Source: a virus (Duplodnaviria; Heunggongvirae; Uroviricota; Caudoviricetes). Taken from it: DNA of 64,000 bases. Each line of letters begins with the position of its first letter. Position 1 is the first letter of the stretch. Under the pieces are notes generated by a model. The model saw nothing but the letters and a program-made list of their open reading frames with translations. It had not been told where the DNA came from and did no database searches. The DNA is taken from the IMG/VR virus record IMGVR_UViG_3300020714_000006, one strand, 5' to 3'. This document shows positions 49,169 through 57,895 of this stretch, one piece after another. Made by a program: the position numbers and the translations under genes.

Positions 49169-49356
49169 AAACATTTTATATGGAAGATTTTCCAAGAGTA
49201 GTAGAGGCTGCTTCCAGTCTTGGTTATGCTGAATTTTTAAGAAGAGATGGATTTAAAACTACAGAATATATTGGTAATAAGTTTGAAGTTAGTTATTGTC
49301 CATCACATTGTATGAGTGAAGAAGAATATACTTGGTTTGTTTTGAGGTGGTCATGA
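49165..49356 (+). CDS. WFxLRWS-family protein
   Basis: ATGA-coupled; TWFVLRWS. Confidence 0.75.
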   Translation: MKTFYMEDFPRVVEAASSLGYAEFLRRDGFKTTEYIGNKFEVSYCPSHCMSEEEYTWFVLRWS

Positions 49357-49595
49357 AAGAACGTGAAATCAAATTAGGGGGTAGGTGGCATAGTTGTCCA
49401 CGTTGTTGGCAGAATTTTATTATAGCATTGGATTTCCATGATGATGAATCTGACATTCAGAGAGATAGTAAAATACGAAAAGAGTTATTAAAGTTTAATG
49501 CTAAAAGAATTGGTGATTTTAGAAGTGATGACGGTACAACAATACTATTTAAAACCCCAGTAGATAAGACTTGGTTTATATTGAGGTGGTCATGA
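49353..49595 (+). CDS. WFxLRWS-family protein
   Basis: ATGA-coupled; TWFILRWS. Confidence 0.75.
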   Translation: MKEREIKLGGRWHSCPRCWQNFIIALDFHDDESDIQRDSKIRKELLKFNAKRIGDFRSDDGTTILFKTPVDKTWFILRWS

Positions 49596-49792
49596 TAGAG
49601 ATGATAGGAATAATAGCTAGTGATGATCAGTATTCATATAGAATTGGGTTTAGTGATAGACCTAAAATTCCATTAGAAGTAAGGCAATGGTGTCGAGAAA
49701 ATTTTAATGAAGAACGATGCTATGTTGGAACATGGACTATTTGGTTTAAGACCTCTGCTGAGTTAAATTGGTTTATATTGAGGTGGTCATGA
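49592..49792 (+). CDS. WFxLRWS-family protein
   Basis: ATGA-coupled; NWFILRWS. Confidence 0.75.
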   Translation: MIEMIGIIASDDQYSYRIGFSDRPKIPLEVRQWCRENFNEERCYVGTWTIWFKTSAELNWFILRWS

Positions 49793-50001
49793 ATATACTA
49801 GAAATACCATTCTATACAGAATTGGATAAGAAGTTAGAAGAAATGTGGCGTCAAACTGAAGGCACTCCAGATGAATGGATTGATTTTATAAAAGAATTAG
49901 ATAAAAATATAATAGGTGTAGAAGATAGAGCACAGAAAATTACTACTATAACATTTAGTAAACCAGAACATATAACTTGGTTCTTATTGAGGTGGTCATG
50001 A
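49789..50001 (+). CDS. WFxLRWS-family protein
   Basis: ATGA-coupled; TWFLLRWS. Confidence 0.75.
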   Translation: MNILEIPFYTELDKKLEEMWRQTEGTPDEWIDFIKELDKNIIGVEDRAQKITTITFSKPEHITWFLLRWS

Positions 50002-50249
50002 TTGACAAAATTATATTAAAATGTTCTGGGGCACACCGTGATCCACGCAAGGGTGTAGATTATTATATAGTTTCTAGGAGTAATCATTTTTATTGGATGT
50101 ATGATGAACAGCACACCTGGTGTGTAGAAACATTTGGTGAGCGAGGTGATTTTTCATCTAGTGATATATGTAGATGGTATCATAATGGTTCTGTTTTTTA
50201 TTTTTTAAATGAAGAAGATTGTAATTGGTTTATATTGAGGTGGTCATGA
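49998..50249 (+). CDS. WFxLRWS-family protein, paralog of 48538
   Basis: Shares YWM.D.QHTWC.E.FG..GDF..CRWYH.G. Confidence 0.75.
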   Translation: MIDKIILKCSGAHRDPRKGVDYYIVSRSNHFYWMYDEQHTWCVETFGERGDFSSSDICRWYHNGSVFYFLNEEDCNWFILRWS

Positions 50250-50458
50250 TTGTATCGTGGAGTGATTTACCGTTATCTGTGCAAATGCATTTAGATGATA
50301 TCTCTGGATATACTAACACTAGTATTTTAACAAAAGAATGGATTAGTAATTTAAATGTGTGTTTGGAACCATTCACGGCAACATTTGATTTTGATGATGA
50401 TATTATTTACTTTGACAGTGAAGAATGTTATACTTGGTTTATATTGAGGTGGGCATGA
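50246..50458 (+). CDS. WFxLRWS-family protein
   Basis: Ends TWFILRWA. Confidence 0.75.
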   Translation: MIVSWSDLPLSVQMHLDDISGYTNTSILTKEWISNLNVCLEPFTATFDFDDDIIYFDSEECYTWFILRWA

Positions 50459-50640
50459 AAAGAATAAAGTTTGATACATATGATTTCCCAAAATTCATTG
50501 ATGCAACGGATGATATTATTGGGTGGAATGAATCTTTTATTTCACAAGGGTATAAGACTTATCAAAATGATTATAATAGTTATCCCAGACACAGTTTGAG
50601 TGAAGAAGAATATACTTGGTTTTTATTGAGGTGGTTATGA
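50455..50640 (+). CDS. WFxLRWS-family protein
   Basis: Ends TWFLLRWL. Confidence 0.75.
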   Translation: MKRIKFDTYDFPKFIDATDDIIGWNESFISQGYKTYQNDYNSYPRHSLSEEEYTWFLLRWL

Positions 50641-50837
50641 TCAAAAGAATGAGCGGAAATTGGGTCAGGATTGGTGATAACGACGTTGAAGCAGGTAGAT
50701 GGTTAGAAGATAATATGGATGGAAAATTTGTCCCATATGAACGTTACAGTTGGTGGTATTCTATAGGCACACACTCACACGGTCATCCTATTGTTGTTTT
50801 ATTTCATGATGCTAAAGATATGACATTTTTTTATTGA
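50637..50837 (+). CDS. WFxLRW-family protein with tail lost by a T-run frameshift
   Basis: A run of 7 T gives FFY*; 8 T would give FFLLRWA*. Confidence 0.7.
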   Translation: MIKRMSGNWVRIGDNDVEAGRWLEDNMDGKFVPYERYSWWYSIGTHSHGHPIVVLFHDAKDMTFFY

Positions 50838-50844
50838 GGTGGGC

Positions 50845-51060
50845 ATGACATATAAAGTTAATGTTGATCATCACACCAATAAACCTGTTTGGAGAGCTTA
50901 TGCAAATTCATATGAAGCATTCAAGCACCCACTAGGTCATAAGGCTGGAAAATCATTTTGGGATGCATACATAGCAGAACATAATGTTGAACTAGTTGAT
51001 GGGCATCTTGTTTTTAAAAGTGAAGCACATTTTACTTGGTTTATGTTGAGGTGGTCGTGA
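50845..51060 (+). CDS. WFxLRWS-family protein
   Basis: Ends TWFMLRWS. Confidence 0.75.
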   Translation: MTYKVNVDHHTNKPVWRAYANSYEAFKHPLGHKAGKSFWDAYIAEHNVELVDGHLVFKSEAHFTWFMLRWS

Positions 51061-51254
51061 TTATTAAGGAAGGGTTAGATTATTCAATGAAGTTGTCACC
51101 AAATTTTATAGAATTGAGTTATATCATCGAATGGTGCGATGACAATTTTGGATTTAACAACTGGGATTGGGAGCAAAATGATTATGTTGGGTATTGTACA
51201 TTTTATTTTCAAACAGAAGAATATCGTAATTGGTTTATATTGAGGTGGTCATGA
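51057..51254 (+). CDS. WFxLRWS-family protein (GTG start)
   Basis: GTGA overlap; NWFILRWS. Confidence 0.72.
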   Translation: MIIKEGLDYSMKLSPNFIELSYIIEWCDDNFGFNNWDWEQNDYVGYCTFYFQTEEYRNWFILRWS

Positions 51255-51436
51255 AGTATGTTAAATTTCAGTTATGGGATTATCCCAAGTTTGCAAAATG
51301 GGGATGTTCTACCAATGATGCTATTACTTGGCCATCTGTTTTTAAGGTAGCAGGGTATAAAACTGCTACATTGGAGTCTGGGTATATAACAATGCGTGAA
51401 GATGAATATACTTGGTTTGTATTGAAATGGTCATGA
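51251..51436 (+). CDS. WFxLRWS-family protein
   Basis: Ends TWFVLKWS. Confidence 0.75.
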   Translation: MKYVKFQLWDYPKFAKWGCSTNDAITWPSVFKVAGYKTATLESGYITMREDEYTWFVLKWS

Positions 51437-51677
51437 AAAAAGTGGATACATTGAGGTATCAGATGGATTTTGTTATTATGCGTGGGTAAATACTGAAATT
51501 TTAGAAGAATCTACCAAATGGGCAACTGAACATTTTGGTAACCCATTACGTCAAGGTAATTATGGTGAACATTACTTGAAAATAGATACAGGTAATTTTC
51601 GATGGAAGTTATTGACGTGTACTTTCTTTTTTAAAACAGAAGCAGATAAAACTTGGTTTATGTTGAGGTGGGCATAA
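51433..51677 (+). pseudogene. WFxLRW-family gene frameshifted in an A6 run after ATG
   Basis: One extra A restores an 81-aa ORF MKKSGYIEV...TWFMLRWA. Confidence 0.75.
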
Positions 51678-51887
51678 ATGGTAAAATATATTGGACATAA
51701 CCCACGATGGTGGGTCAAGTATAAGGAAACTACTTATATTGAATATAAGAAATTAGTTCCAGACTGTGGGTTTGAGGAGTGGTTCAAGCGTGATTTAGCC
51801 AAGCAAGGTGTTCATATATTTACGTCCTATATGCTTGAATTTAAATCTGAATCGCATTTTACAATGTTCGTAATGAAATGGTCATGA
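51678..51887 (+). CDS. WFxLRWS-family protein
   Basis: Ends TMFVMKWS. Confidence 0.72.
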   Translation: MVKYIGHNPRWWVKYKETTYIEYKKLVPDCGFEEWFKRDLAKQGVHIFTSYMLEFKSESHFTMFVMKWS

Positions 51888-52120
51888 ATACATTAAGAAT
51901 CCCATACTATTCAGAATTGGATATTAAGTTAGAAGAATTATGGCAAGAAACACCTGGTCATTGGTGTGATTTTTTATATACTCTTGATGACCATATAACC
52001 AATGTCTATGTTGAAGAAATAAAATTGAATGATGGAAGAAGTATTAGTCCCGAATCAGCGACGTATATAGAATTTTTCAAAGAAGAACATGTAACTTGGT
52101 TCTTATTGAGGTTGGTATGA
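51884..52120 (+). CDS. WFxLRW-family protein, paralog of 49789
   Basis: IP.Y.ELD.KLEE.W; ends TWFLLRLV. Confidence 0.75.
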   Translation: MNTLRIPYYSELDIKLEELWQETPGHWCDFLYTLDDHITNVYVEEIKLNDGRSISPESATYIEFFKEEHVTWFLLRLV

Positions 52121-52329
52121 GTGAGATAGACATGACATATAGCGGGTTGGTATACCATACAAAATTATTGTCAATACCTTTTTTAAAACTGTTAGAAATT
52201 ATCGAATGGTGTGATAAACAATTTGGATTTCATAATTGGGAGTGGGTGAGTGATGATCAATATGGTTATTGTACATTTTATTTTAGCCACGAAGAACATA
52301 TAACTTGGTTTTTAATGAGGTGGTCATGA
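52117..52329 (+). CDS. WFxLRWS-family protein, paralog of 51057
   Basis: IIEWCD..FGF.NW.W..GYCTFYF. Confidence 0.75.
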   Translation: MSEIDMTYSGLVYHTKLLSIPFLKLLEIIEWCDKQFGFHNWEWVSDDQYGYCTFYFSHEEHITWFLMRWS

Positions 52330-52559
52330 GTTATGAAGTAATAATAGATTGGAGTTATGATAAAGAACGCATTAAATGGAGCACTTTTGACAACCATATT
52401 ATAAATCTTTGTGAGGTTTGTGATAATAACTATCTAAAATTATGGGCTAGTGAAATTGAAAAATATGGTGGTAGAGTAATAGAAGAAACTGATCGTATTA
52501 CAAGACTTTATTTTGAAAGTGAAGCACATTATACTTGGTTCTTATTGAGGTGGTCATGA
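52326..52559 (+). CDS. WFxLRWS-family protein
   Basis: Ends TWFLLRWS. Confidence 0.75.
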   Translation: MSYEVIIDWSYDKERIKWSTFDNHIINLCEVCDNNYLKLWASEIEKYGGRVIEETDRITRLYFESEAHYTWFLLRWS

Positions 52560-52900
52560 AGAAAATATTATCAATACTTAGAAAAGTAATCCCTACAACT
52601 ATCGCACAAGACATTATAAGTGTTCAACCAATGACTGCACCACTTGGCAGGATTTTTACTGTGTTAGATGGCCGTGTTGGATTTTCAAAGTTTGCATTGG
52701 CCAATAATCAAGATGAATGTTTAAAGTATCCAGGGGAACATTATGCAGTTGATATACGACCAGAAGTTGAGCAATGGTTAGTTGAACAAGGTAATTACAA
52801 TTGGAAATACGCAGAAGAAAATGATGATTTGCACTTTGCATTTACTCGTGTTATAATAACAGCAGAATTGTATACTTGGTTAATAATGAGGTGGTCATGA
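52556..52900 (+). CDS. WFxLRWS-family protein with an N-terminal major-capsid (gp23 Gol-like) segment
   Basis: LRKVIPTTIAQDIISVQPMTAPLGRIFT. Confidence 0.75.
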   Translation: MKKILSILRKVIPTTIAQDIISVQPMTAPLGRIFTVLDGRVGFSKFALANNQDECLKYPGEHYAVDIRPEVEQWLVEQGNYNWKYAEENDDLHFAFTRVIITAELYTWLIMRWS

Positions 52901-53364
52901 ACTCTATTTGCACAATAGATACGTTAGGTAATAAAGAATGGTTTTTAAATGGCCTTCGACATCGAGAGGATGGCCCTGCAATTGAAAATGTAAATGGCTC
53001 TAAACATTGGTATTTAAATGGCCTTCGACATCGGGCTGATGGACCTTCTTGTGAATGGCCAGATGGTGCTAAACATTGGTTTTTGAATGGCGTGAGACAT
53101 AGACTAGATGGCCCTGCTGTTGAATGGCCAGATGGTGCTAAAGATTGGTATTTACATGGCCGATTACACCGACTAGATGGCCCTGCTCGTGAAAGAGAAA
53201 ATGGTGATAAAGTTTGGTATTTAGATGGCAAATACCACAGACTAGATGGCCCTGCTGTTGAATGGACAAATGGTCATAAAGAATGGTGGTTAAATAACAA
53301 AAAATATACCGAAGAAGAATATATTATGATACAATTTATGAATAGGAAGAACATCTATGCCTGA
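52897..53364 (+). CDS. HRxDGPA (MORN-like) repeat protein, 5 repeats
   Basis: G.KxWYLNG..HRxDGPA units; cap YTEEEYIMIQFMN. Confidence 0.8.
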   Translation: MNSICTIDTLGNKEWFLNGLRHREDGPAIENVNGSKHWYLNGLRHRADGPSCEWPDGAKHWFLNGVRHRLDGPAVEWPDGAKDWYLHGRLHRLDGPARERENGDKVWYLDGKYHRLDGPAVEWTNGHKEWWLNNKKYTEEEYIMIQFMNRKNIYA

Positions 53365-53620
53365 ACCAATACTAACTGAACTTTCAAATGGTGATAAACA
53401 TTGGTATTTAAATGGAAAACATCATCGAGAAGATGGCCCTGCTGTTGAATTACCAGATGGATATAAATCATGGTATTTAAATGGCCAATTACATAGAACT
53501 GATGGCCCTGCTATTGAATTTCCAACTGGACATAAATCTTGGTATTTAAATGGCAAACATTATACAGAAGAAGAATATGCTCTAATACAATTTATGAATG
53601 GTGTGAATGTATATGCTTAA
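53357..53620 (+). CDS. HRxDGPA repeat protein, 2 repeats
   Basis: 8-nt overlap start MPEP. Confidence 0.8.
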   Translation: MPEPILTELSNGDKHWYLNGKHHREDGPAVELPDGYKSWYLNGQLHRTDGPAIEFPTGHKSWYLNGKHYTEEEYALIQFMNGVNVYA

Positions 53621-53984
53621 AGTATGGTCTAATGAATTTGGTCAATATCATCGTCTAGATGGCCCTGCAGTTATGGATGGTGATGGTAATGATTCATGGT
53701 ATTTAAATGACCAATTACATCGAGAAGATGGCCCTGCAGTTATGGATGGTGATGGTAATGATTCATGGTATTTAAATGACCAATTACATCGAGAAGATGG
53801 CCCTGCAGTATTGTATGCTAATGGTTCCAAATTTTGGTATCAGCATGGCCTACGACATCGAGAAGATGGCCCTGCTACTGAATGGGCTAATGGTCGTAAA
53901 AGATGGTTTTTAAATGACAAAGAATATACCGAAGAAGAATATGTTATGATACAATTTATGAATGGAAAGAATATCTATGCCTGA
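53613..53984 (+). CDS. HRxDGPA repeat protein, 4 repeats
   Basis: Internal 66-bp tandem duplication. Confidence 0.8.
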   Translation: MLKVWSNEFGQYHRLDGPAVMDGDGNDSWYLNDQLHREDGPAVMDGDGNDSWYLNDQLHREDGPAVLYANGSKFWYQHGLRHREDGPATEWANGRKRWFLNDKEYTEEEYVMIQFMNGKNIYA

Positions 53985-54240
53985 ACCAAAACTAATCGAA
54001 TATGCTAATGGTGATAAACATTGGTGGTTAAATAACCAATTACATCGAGAAGATGGACCAGCTATTGAATATACAGATGGTCATAAAGCATGGTATCTAA
54101 ATGACCTACGACATCGGCTAGATGGCCCAGCTATTGAAACTGCAGATGGACGTAAATATTGGTATTTAAATGGCAAAGAATATACTGAAGAAGAATATGT
54201 TATGATACAATTTATGAATGGAAAGAATATCTATGCCTGA
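53977..54240 (+). CDS. HRxDGPA repeat protein, 2 repeats
   Basis: MPEP start, conserved cap. Confidence 0.8.
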   Translation: MPEPKLIEYANGDKHWWLNNQLHREDGPAIEYTDGHKAWYLNDLRHRLDGPAIETADGRKYWYLNGKEYTEEEYVMIQFMNGKNIYA

Positions 54241-54565
54241 ACCAAAACTAACTGAATTTGCAAATGGTACTAAACATTGGTATTTAAATGACAAATTACA
54301 TCGAACTGATGGCCCAGCAGTTGAATGGGCTACTGGTCGTAAAGAATGGTATTTAAATGGAAAATTACATCGAGAAGATGGCCCTGCAGTATTGTATGCT
54401 AATGGTTCCAAATTTTGGTATCTGAATGACGAATTACATCGAGAAGATGGCCCTGCAATTGAACGGCTAAATGGTGATAAAGAATGGTATTTAAATGGCA
54501 AAGAATATACTGAAGAAGTATATGTTATGATACAATTTATGAATAGGAAGAACATCTATGTCTGA
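54233..54565 (+). CDS. HRxDGPA repeat protein, 3 repeats
   Basis: MPEP start, conserved cap. Confidence 0.8.
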   Translation: MPEPKLTEFANGTKHWYLNDKLHRTDGPAVEWATGRKEWYLNGKLHREDGPAVLYANGSKFWYLNDELHREDGPAIERLNGDKEWYLNGKEYTEEVYVMIQFMNRKNIYV

Positions 54566-54800
54566 ACCAAAACTAATACAGTGGTTGTTAAATGGAAAAT
54601 ACCACCGAGAAGATGGTCCAGCTATTGAATATCCAGATGGCAGTAAAACATGGTGGTTAAATGGCCGATTACACCGAGAAGATGGTCCTGCTGCTGAATG
54701 GGCAAATGGGTATAAAGAATGGTATTTAAATGACAAACAATATACCGAAGAAGAATATATTATGGTACAATTTATGAATGGGGTGAATATCTATGCCTGA
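54558..54800 (+). CDS. HRxDGPA repeat protein, 2 repeats
   Basis: MSEP start, conserved cap. Confidence 0.8.
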   Translation: MSEPKLIQWLLNGKYHREDGPAIEYPDGSKTWWLNGRLHREDGPAAEWANGYKEWYLNDKQYTEEEYIMVQFMNGVNIYA

Positions 54801-55056
54801 ACCAATATTAACTGAATATGCAAATGGTGATAAAAAATGGTCTTTGAATGGCAGATGGCATAGAGAAGATGGTCCAGCTATGGAATATTCAAATGGTACT
54901 AAACAGTGGTTGTTAAATGGAAAATACCACCGAGAAGATGGTCCAGCTATTGAATATCCAGATGGCAGTAAAACATGGTGGTTAAATAACGAACAATATA
55001 CTGAAGAAGTATATGTTATGATACAATTTATGAAAGGTGTGAATATCTATGTCTGA
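54793..55056 (+). CDS. HRxDGPA repeat protein, 2 repeats
   Basis: MPEP start, conserved cap. Confidence 0.8.
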   Translation: MPEPILTEYANGDKKWSLNGRWHREDGPAMEYSNGTKQWLLNGKYHREDGPAIEYPDGSKTWWLNNEQYTEEVYVMIQFMKGVNIYV

Positions 55057-55381
55057 ACTAATACTAACTGAATTTGCAAATGGTGAGAAATTTTGGTATT
55101 TAAATGACAAATTACATCGAACTGATGGCCCAGCAGTTGAATGGGCTACTGGTCGTAAAGAATGGTATTTAAATGGAAAATTACATCGAGAAGATGGTCC
55201 AGCATATGAAGGTATATATGGGCGTAAAGTATGGTATTTAAATGGCCTACGACATAGAACAGATGGCCCAGCTGTTGAATACCCAAATGGGTATAAAGAA
55301 TGGTTTTTAAATGACAAAGAATATACCGAAGAAGAATTTGCACTCATACAATTTATGAATGGTAAGAATATCTATGTCTGA
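55049..55381 (+). CDS. HRxDGPA repeat protein, 3 repeats
   Basis: MSEL start, conserved cap. Confidence 0.8.
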   Translation: MSELILTEFANGEKFWYLNDKLHRTDGPAVEWATGRKEWYLNGKLHREDGPAYEGIYGRKVWYLNGLRHRTDGPAVEYPNGYKEWFLNDKEYTEEEFALIQFMNGKNIYV

Positions 55382-55775
55382 ACCAACACTTATTGAATAT
55401 GCCACTGGTCATAAAGAATGGTTAGTGAATGGAAAATTACACAGACTAGATGGTCCAGCTTGTGAATTTGCAAATGGTGATAGATCGTGGTGGTTGAATG
55501 GCGAACTACATCGACTAGATGGCCCAGCTATTGTATATTCGGATGGTTCTAAAGCCTGGTATTTAAATGGTAATTTGCACAGAGAAGATGGCCCAGCATA
55601 TGAAAGGGATGATGGTCAAAAAGAATGGTGGTTGAATGGCAAATTACATCGAGAAGATGGCCCAGCATATGAAAGGGCTGGTGGTCATAAAGAATGGTAT
55701 TTAAATGGCAAAGAATATACTGAAGAAGAATACGCACTAATACAATTTATGAATGGGAGGAATATCTATGTTTGA
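55374..55775 (+). CDS. HRxDGPA repeat protein, 4 repeats
   Basis: MSEP start, conserved cap. Confidence 0.8.
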   Translation: MSEPTLIEYATGHKEWLVNGKLHRLDGPACEFANGDRSWWLNGELHRLDGPAIVYSDGSKAWYLNGNLHREDGPAYERDDGQKEWWLNGKLHREDGPAYERAGGHKEWYLNGKEYTEEEYALIQFMNGRNIYV

Positions 55776-56169
55776 ACCAGAATTATATGTATATTCAAAT
55801 GGTAATAAATTTTGGCGATTAAATGGCCGATTACATCGAGAAGATGGTCCGGCAGTTGAATATGCAAATGGTACTAAACAATGGTTTTTGAATGGAGAAT
55901 TACATAGCCTAGATTGCCCAGCTCGTGAATTTGAAGATGGTTATAAAGATTGGTGGGTAAATGGCAAACGACATCGAGAAAATGGCCCTGCTATTGAAAA
56001 TGCAGGTGGATATAAAGCATGGTATTTAAATGGCAAATTACACCGAGAAGATGGCCCTGCTAGTGAAGATGAAGTTGGTCATAAAGAATGGTATTTAAAT
56101 GGCAAACGGTACACCGAAGAAGAATATGTTATGATACAATTTATGAATGGGAAGAATATCTATGCCTGA
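55768..56169 (+). CDS. HRxDGPA repeat protein, 4 repeats
   Basis: MFEP start, conserved cap. Confidence 0.8.
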   Translation: MFEPELYVYSNGNKFWRLNGRLHREDGPAVEYANGTKQWFLNGELHSLDCPAREFEDGYKDWWVNGKRHRENGPAIENAGGYKAWYLNGKLHREDGPASEDEVGHKEWYLNGKRYTEEEYVMIQFMNGKNIYA

Positions 56170-56503
56170 ACCAATACTAACTGAATATGAAGATGTTTCT
56201 AAACGTTGGGTTTTAAACGGCATAATCCATAAAGCATCTGGCCAATCTATTGTATCAGAATTACCAGACGGAACTAAAATATGGTGGTTGGATGGCAAAC
56301 GACATAGAGAAGATGGACCCGCTATTGTATGGGCCAATGGTTCTAAATTTTGGTATTTAAATGACCTTTTAAATAGAGAAGATGGCCCAGCAGTTGAATG
56401 TGCTGATGGTTTTAAACAATGGTGGTTGAATGGCAAAGAATATACCGAAGAAGAATATGTTATGATCCAATTTATGAATGGTAAGAATGTATATGAAGTA
56501 TGA
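56162..56503 (+). CDS. HRxDGPA repeat protein, 3 repeats (one degenerate)
   Basis: MPEP start, conserved cap. Confidence 0.8.
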   Translation: MPEPILTEYEDVSKRWVLNGIIHKASGQSIVSELPDGTKIWWLDGKRHREDGPAIVWANGSKFWYLNDLLNREDGPAVECADGFKQWWLNGKEYTEEEYVMIQFMNGKNVYEV

Positions 56504-56795
56504 ACTTATAACAAGAACTCTTAATCCGTTAAGAAACATCTTTTGGTATTGGATACCAGGTACTACAGTATCATGGACATTATCAGGTGAACAGATGTAT
56601 TCACCATTACATTATATTGATTATGTATTCGAAGAAGAAGTAGGGGCATGGCTAACAAATAATGTAGGTAAACAAGGAAGATATTGGGATTGGCGATATA
56701 ACTCTACAGATGAAAATGACCATTATAAAATATCAGTTAAGATTATAAAATCTAGACAACACTGGTGTTCTATGTTATTATTGAGGTGGTCATGA
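56493..56795 (+). CDS. WFxLRWS-family protein
   Basis: Ends SMLLLRWS. Confidence 0.72.
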   Translation: MKYELITRTLNPLRNIFWYWIPGTTVSWTLSGEQMYSPLHYIDYVFEEEVGAWLTNNVGKQGRYWDWRYNSTDENDHYKISVKIIKSRQHWCSMLLLRWS

Positions 56796-56980
56796 AAGTT
56801 TCCATACCGGATGTTGGCACCGTTGCAAAAGAACAAGAAATTGTAAATTGGACTATCAAAAATTGTAAATCTTATATTAAAATGGAAGCTACTATATGTG
56901 CTGACCTGCATAAATGGAAACTTAATTTTTATTTTAATGATGCAGCAGATGCATCTTGGTTCTTATTGAGGTGGTCATGA
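56792..56980 (+). CDS. WFxLRWS-family protein
   Basis: Ends SWFLLRWS. Confidence 0.75.
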   Translation: MKVSIPDVGTVAKEQEIVNWTIKNCKSYIKMEATICADLHKWKLNFYFNDAADASWFLLRWS

Positions 56981-57216
56981 TTTATACTTCTAAAACGTGG
57001 CAACATGAAATCAAAATCCCATTTGATGATTATAAAAATATTGAAGAAATGGAACAATGGTGTAATGAGTATAGTTCAAAGTATAGATTTTCGTGTAGCT
57101 ACGGACATAGACAACTCAAACTTAAAAACAATAATTTTGTACCTGACTTCATACCTCATACATTTTGGTTTGAGCGTGAAGAAGATGCTAACTGGTTTGC
57201 ATTAAGGTGGGTATGA
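56977..57216 (+). CDS. WFxLRWS-family protein
   Basis: Ends NWFALRWV. Confidence 0.75.
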   Translation: MIYTSKTWQHEIKIPFDDYKNIEEMEQWCNEYSSKYRFSCSYGHRQLKLKNNNFVPDFIPHTFWFEREEDANWFALRWV

Positions 57217-57416
57217 AGCGTATAACATTTAATAAGATTAGATACCATGAACAGAGAGATATGATTGACTGGTGTGTTAAATCTTTTGGACCTGGTTCAG
57301 TTGGACACATTTGTCGTGATAATGAGGTATGGTGTTTTAATACAATGTTTGGTAATAGTAATTTTTGTTTTAAAGAAGACAAAGATTATAATTGGTTCGT
57401 ATTGAGGTGGTCATGA
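57213..57416 (+). CDS. WFxLRWS-family protein
   Basis: Ends NWFVLRWS. Confidence 0.75.
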   Translation: MKRITFNKIRYHEQRDMIDWCVKSFGPGSVGHICRDNEVWCFNTMFGNSNFCFKEDKDYNWFVLRWS

Positions 57417-57625
57417 AAGTTTTCAAATATTGGCGTGATTTACCTGAAGTTGTAGAGAAAAATATTGATATTGCAACAAACTTTCATGACGTAACCGGTA
57501 CAGAATGGGTTAATAATGTTCGTGAATTGTTAAAACCGTTTAATGCAACATATGATAACTATGATAATGGATTATGCTTTAAAAGTGAAGCACATTATCA
57601 ATGGTTTTTACTGAAGTGGTCATGA
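57413..57625 (+). CDS. WFxLRWS-family protein, paralog of 50246
   Basis: W.DLP..W...L.PF.AT.D; QWFLLKWS. Confidence 0.75.
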   Translation: MKVFKYWRDLPEVVEKNIDIATNFHDVTGTEWVNNVRELLKPFNATYDNYDNGLCFKSEAHYQWFLLKWS

Positions 57626-57864
57626 AATTAAATATCTGGGATAACGAAAAGAAACAGTATAAAAGTTTTTGGACAAACTTTTGTAGAGATCTTGAAAACA
57701 GAATTACAAATGATAAATTTGATGAAGTCGATTACATCTCTTATTATTTTAGGAAACTAGAAGAAGAAATTAGACCGTACAATGGTATTTTTCTCAAAGG
57801 TCAGCATCATGTTGAATTTGAACGTGAAGAAGATCTTACTTGGTTTTTAATAAGATGGTCTTGA
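57622..57864 (+). CDS. WFxLRWS-family protein
   Basis: Ends TWFLIRWS; its TGA lies in the TTGACA -35 box. Confidence 0.75.
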   Translation: MKLNIWDNEKKQYKSFWTNFCRDLENRITNDKFDEVDYISYYFRKLEEEIRPYNGIFLKGQHHVEFEREEDLTWFLIRWS

Positions 57865-57889
57865 CATAGATATGTAATTGTAGTATAAT
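57861..57889 (+). promoter_or_regulatory. Consensus sigma70 promoter
   Basis: TTGACA-17-TATAAT. Confidence 0.85.
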
Positions 57890-57895
57890 ATAACA

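Noticed and set aside
52897-56503. Diversity-generating retroelement TR/VR pair
   Set aside because: The shared blocks are identical rather than differing at adenines, and there is no reverse transcriptase in the window.
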